A stretch of 54,701 bases of DNA from a virus. The DNA lies in IMG/VR virus record IMGVR_UViG_3300045988_148989; one strand, 5' to 3'. Position 1 is the stretch's first letter. Every line of letters begins with the position of its first letter. The notes under the pieces are model-generated. The model ran no database searches. It worked only from the letters and a program-made list of their open reading frames with translations, and was not told where the DNA came from. Position numbers and translations under genes: made by a program. Below, in pieces: positions 54,583-54,701 of this stretch.

Positions 54583-54701
54583 ACTTTTTTTTGCATAAAA
54601 AAGACACTCTATTGAGTGTCTAATTCTCCCACTTCTATATTACTATAATTACAAGGAATGTTATTTATATCACCTTTATAGAATATCAGTATATTTTGAT
54701 G
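54583..54701. repeat. Second copy of the 119-bp terminal overlap (identical to 1..119).
   Basis: Same as above. Confidence 0.9.
54592..54621 (-). terminator. Intrinsic terminator ending the recombination/replication operon (second copy at 10..39).
   Basis: AGACACTC-tatt-GAGTGTCT plus TTTTTTATGC on the minus strand. It overlaps the stop of the ParB-MTase gene. Confidence 0.6.

Noticed and set aside
1-54701. Diversity-generating retroelement or other RT-based system linked to the RBP paralogs.
   Set aside because: No reverse-transcriptase-like ORF and no template/variable repeat pair with adenine-specific differences were seen.

Overview
The first 119 bp (1..119) are identical to the last 119 bp (54583..54701), so the window most likely holds one complete, circularly closed unit of about 54,582 bp rather than a chromosomal segment. 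It reads as a low-GC temperate siphovirus-like phage or prophage of a Firmicutes (Clostridia-like) host. Nearly all genes sit on the minus strand. The exceptions are a cI-like repressor and a large serine recombinase on the plus strand.

Modules I can support from the translations:
- **Lysogeny switch:** Cro-like (8759..8986), cI-like (9386..9793) and a large serine integrase (10084..11949).
- **Recombination and replication operon (8781 down to 27):** Cas4-like PD-(D/E)XK nuclease, two paralogous unknowns, ERF, SSB, NinB-like, MazG-like, RusA, a replisome organizer carrying an in-frame HNH insert, and a ParB-N plus DNA methyltransferase fusion.
- **Long early region (54483 down to 41519):** an SNF2-type helicase, then an unusual cluster of two paralogous IbrA-like (PAPS-reductase/PP-loop, DUF3440-like) and IbrB-like (ParB/Srx) pairs flanking a degenerate SAM-MTase-like ORF, then many small ORFs including a three-member paralog family.
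- **tRNA-like gene (40176..40249).**
- **Block between early region and terminase (39878 down to 30992):** an HTH small-terminase-like protein, an SGNH esterase, tail-fibre and receptor-binding paralogs, an HNH plus P-loop fusion, and the endolysin (Amidase_3 plus SH3b). These sit upstream of the packaging genes rather than beside the holin.
- **Packaging and head:** terL, portal, HK97 prohead protease and capsid, head-tail joining proteins.
- **Tail:** major tail protein, a G/GT chaperone with an AAAAAAC -1 frameshift site, TMP, Dit, Tal, a beta-helix RBP.
- **Lysis and morons:** holin plus an XhlA-like protein, then about 2.7 kb of individually transcribed moron genes next to the integrase.

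Two dispersed DNA signals stand out.
- Seven near-identical minus-strand sigma70-type promoters (TTGAca-N17-TATAAT) each carry a conserved palindrome (ATATGTA-N-TACATAT) in the spacer. Most are immediately preceded by an intrinsic terminator.
- A strand-biased 13-14 nt motif (T)TTACTATTTGAA(T/G/A) occurs 14 times, all in one orientation, mostly 15-200 bp upstream of minus-strand gene starts.

No CRISPR array or rRNA was seen. All functional calls come from motif-level recognition in the translations. No database searches were run.
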